Assembly (NCBI GenBank): GCA_900315615.1
Contig: OMZT01000027.1
Span: 5,865 to 37,864, forward strand
Direction: 5' to 3'
Length of the DNA stretch: 32,000 nt
Source of the DNA: an uncultured Veillonellaceae bacterium
GTDB taxonomy: Bacteria > Bacillota > Negativicutes > Selenomonadales > Selenomonadaceae
Made by a program: the position numbers and the translations under genes. The notes under the pieces are model-generated. The model was not told where the DNA came from and searched no databases. It saw nothing but the letters and a program-made list of their open reading frames with translations. This document shows, piece by piece, positions 30,618-32,000 of the stretch. Numbering within the stretch: position 1 is the stretch's first letter; every line of letters starts with the position of its first letter.

Positions 30618-32000
30618 ATGCAGCTGGTCTACAATCTGGCGGCTATACTCATAGTGATACTGATACTTCCGGTATTTGCGATGAGGTCGGTGCGCGAGCG
30701 TGGCTTCGTTGAAAGGCTTCGTCAGAGCCTTTTGGGATTCTATCCGAAGCATGCACTGGATAAGGTCGCAAAAAAGAATTGTATATGGGTGCATGCGGCA
30801 TCGGTCGGTGAGATCGTTGCGGCCAGCCCTCTTATCAAGGAGTTTCATAAAGAATTCCCGCGCAGCCCGATACTCGTATCTGTCGTGACATCGAGTGGCT
30901 ACGAGATGGCGAATCGCATCATAAAGGATGCTGACAGCATAATATATTTCCCTATAGACCTGCCGTGGCTTTCAGCGCGCATACTTTATCGTATCAGACC
31001 ACGCGTGTTCTTGCCGGTGGAGACTGAGCTGTGGCCGAACTTCCTGAAGACAGCGAAGTCACTTCATATACCGGTCATGATGGTGAATGGACGTATAAGC
31101 GACCGTAGTGTCAGACAATACAAATTCTTGTTCAGCATACTGGACGATATGATCGGTACGGTGACGAAGTTCGCGATGCAGTCGCCGATAGATGCTGAGT
31201 ACATCATCCGCCTAGGCGCAAATCCTGATCTCGTAACGGTAACGGGAAATACGAAGTTCGATCAGACGTATACGGATGTCAGCCCGGATGAGAAAAAGCA
31301 GATTATTGATGAGATGGGACTTGCCGATAATGAGGGCATATTCCTTGCAGGCAGCACGCACAGGCATGAAGAAGAGCCCGTGCTCGATGCGTTTCGCGAA
31401 GTGAGGAAAGATTTCCCTAAGGCACGGCTAGTGATTGCACCACGCGAGATATTGCGTACATCAGAAGTCGTGCATATATGCAAGAAGTATGGCTTCAATG
31501 TCGCGACGCGCACCGAGCTGCAGAAGCATCCCTCAACTGATCATGATATTGTGATCCTCGATACGATCGGTGAGCTCGGCAAGGTGTACAGTATCGGTGA
31601 TGTCATATATGTAGGCGGCAGTCTCGTACGGCATGGCGGTCATAACATACTTGAGCCGGCAGCGCATGGCAAGGCTATCATAGTCGGACACCATATGTTC
31701 AACTTCAAGGATACGCATGCGCTATTCTCTAAACGCAATGCGTGCATCACGGTAAATAACGGCAGCGAGCTCGTGCGTGAGGTATCGCGTCTTTTCCATC
31801 ATCCTGAGGAAAGGCAGCGCATGGAGGATGAGACACTCACAATCGTGAAGGAGAATAAAGGTGCTTCCCGCAAGTCCGCTGTGCTCCTTCATAAAATGCT
31901 TGATGAATATGAGCAGAAAGAGCGTGCCGGAAAGGTGCATGCACTTGAAAAGGTGGAGAACCTGCAGACATACTTCGTGCATATCGTGCATGATAAGGAG
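30618..32000 (+). CDS. waaA: Kdo transferase WaaA (KdtA), 3'-incomplete; frame still open at window end (461 codons)
   Basis: This ORF is not in the ORF track because it has no stop in the window. ATG 30618 follows SD gagagagagg. My translation reads MQLVYNLAAILIVILILPVFAMRS...CIWVHAASVGEIVAASPLIKE...VNGRISDRS...VTGNTKFDQ...ILDTIGELGKVYSIGDVIYVGGSLVRHGGHNILEPAAHGKAIIVG... These are canonical WaaA motifs. Confidence 0.85.
   Translation, partial: MQLVYNLAAILIVILILPVFAMRSVRERGFVERLRQSLLGFYPKHALDKVAKKNCIWVHAASVGEIVAASPLIKEFHKEFPRSPILVSVVTSSGYEMANRIIKDADSIIYFPIDLPWLSARILYRIRPRVFLPVETELWPNFLKTAKSLHIPVMMVNGRISDRSVRQYKFLFSILDDMIGTVTKFAMQSPIDAEYIIRLGANPDLVTVTGNTKFDQTYTDVSPDEKKQIIDEMGLADNEGIFLAGSTHRHEEEPVLDAFREVRKDFPKARLVIAPREILRTSEVVHICKKYGFNVATRTELQKHPSTDHDIVILDTIGELGKVYSIGDVIYVGGSLVRHGGHNILEPAAHGKAIIVGHHMFNFKDTHALFSKRNACITVNNGSELVREVSRLFHHPEERQRMEDETLTIVKENKGASRKSAVLLHKMLDEYEQKERAGKVHALEKVENLQTYFVHIVHDKE

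Noticed and set aside
1-32000. Search for CRISPR arrays, toxin-antitoxin pairs, restriction-modification or other defence systems, prophage genes, tRNA/rRNA
   Set aside because: Nothing was found. The only repeats are coding low-complexity repeats in bamA and short hairpins. Every gene-sized ORF with support belongs to envelope biogenesis or cytochrome/nitrite metabolism.

Overview
All credible coding capacity is on the + strand: about 30 co-directional, tightly packed genes, many with ATGA or overlapping junctions. The content matches the outer-membrane (OM) biogenesis super-cluster of diderm Firmicutes (Negativicutes, Selenomonas/Veillonella-like). That taxonomic call is inference from gene content and order only. 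Gene order: mlaF' (3' end), long-form mlaD, tolC, tamB, sigma factor, small membrane protein, bamA, unknown OMP || Crp/Fnr regulator, ccmABCEF || nrfHA || three skp/ompH paralogues, lpxD, lpxL-like, lpxC, fabZ, lpxA, lpxI, lpxB, msbA, waaA' (runs off the window). The OM/LPS cluster is therefore split by a ~7.4 kb anaerobic-respiration module: System I cytochrome c maturation plus cytochrome c nitrite reductase, with its own regulator. I saw no rRNA, tRNA, CRISPR, transposase, integrase or recognisable defence genes. This is a housekeeping envelope locus, not a mobile island. The least-described parts are: (i) a sigma-28-like sigma factor apparently translationally coupled to tamB, followed by an anti-sigma-like single-pass membrane protein just upstream of bamA; (ii) an uncharacterised 430-aa secreted protein with an OMP-type C-terminus just downstream of bamA; (iii) a giant inner-membrane-anchored Skp-like protein between two ordinary Skp paralogues; (iv) a variant Ccm system (CcmE with CxxxY; no ccmD/G/H here) serving NrfH with a CX3CH site and NrfA with CXXCK; (v) a shared Crp/Fnr-type operator at identical class-II geometry in two promoters. 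All family assignments come from motif recognition by eye on the supplied translations. No database search or structure prediction was run.
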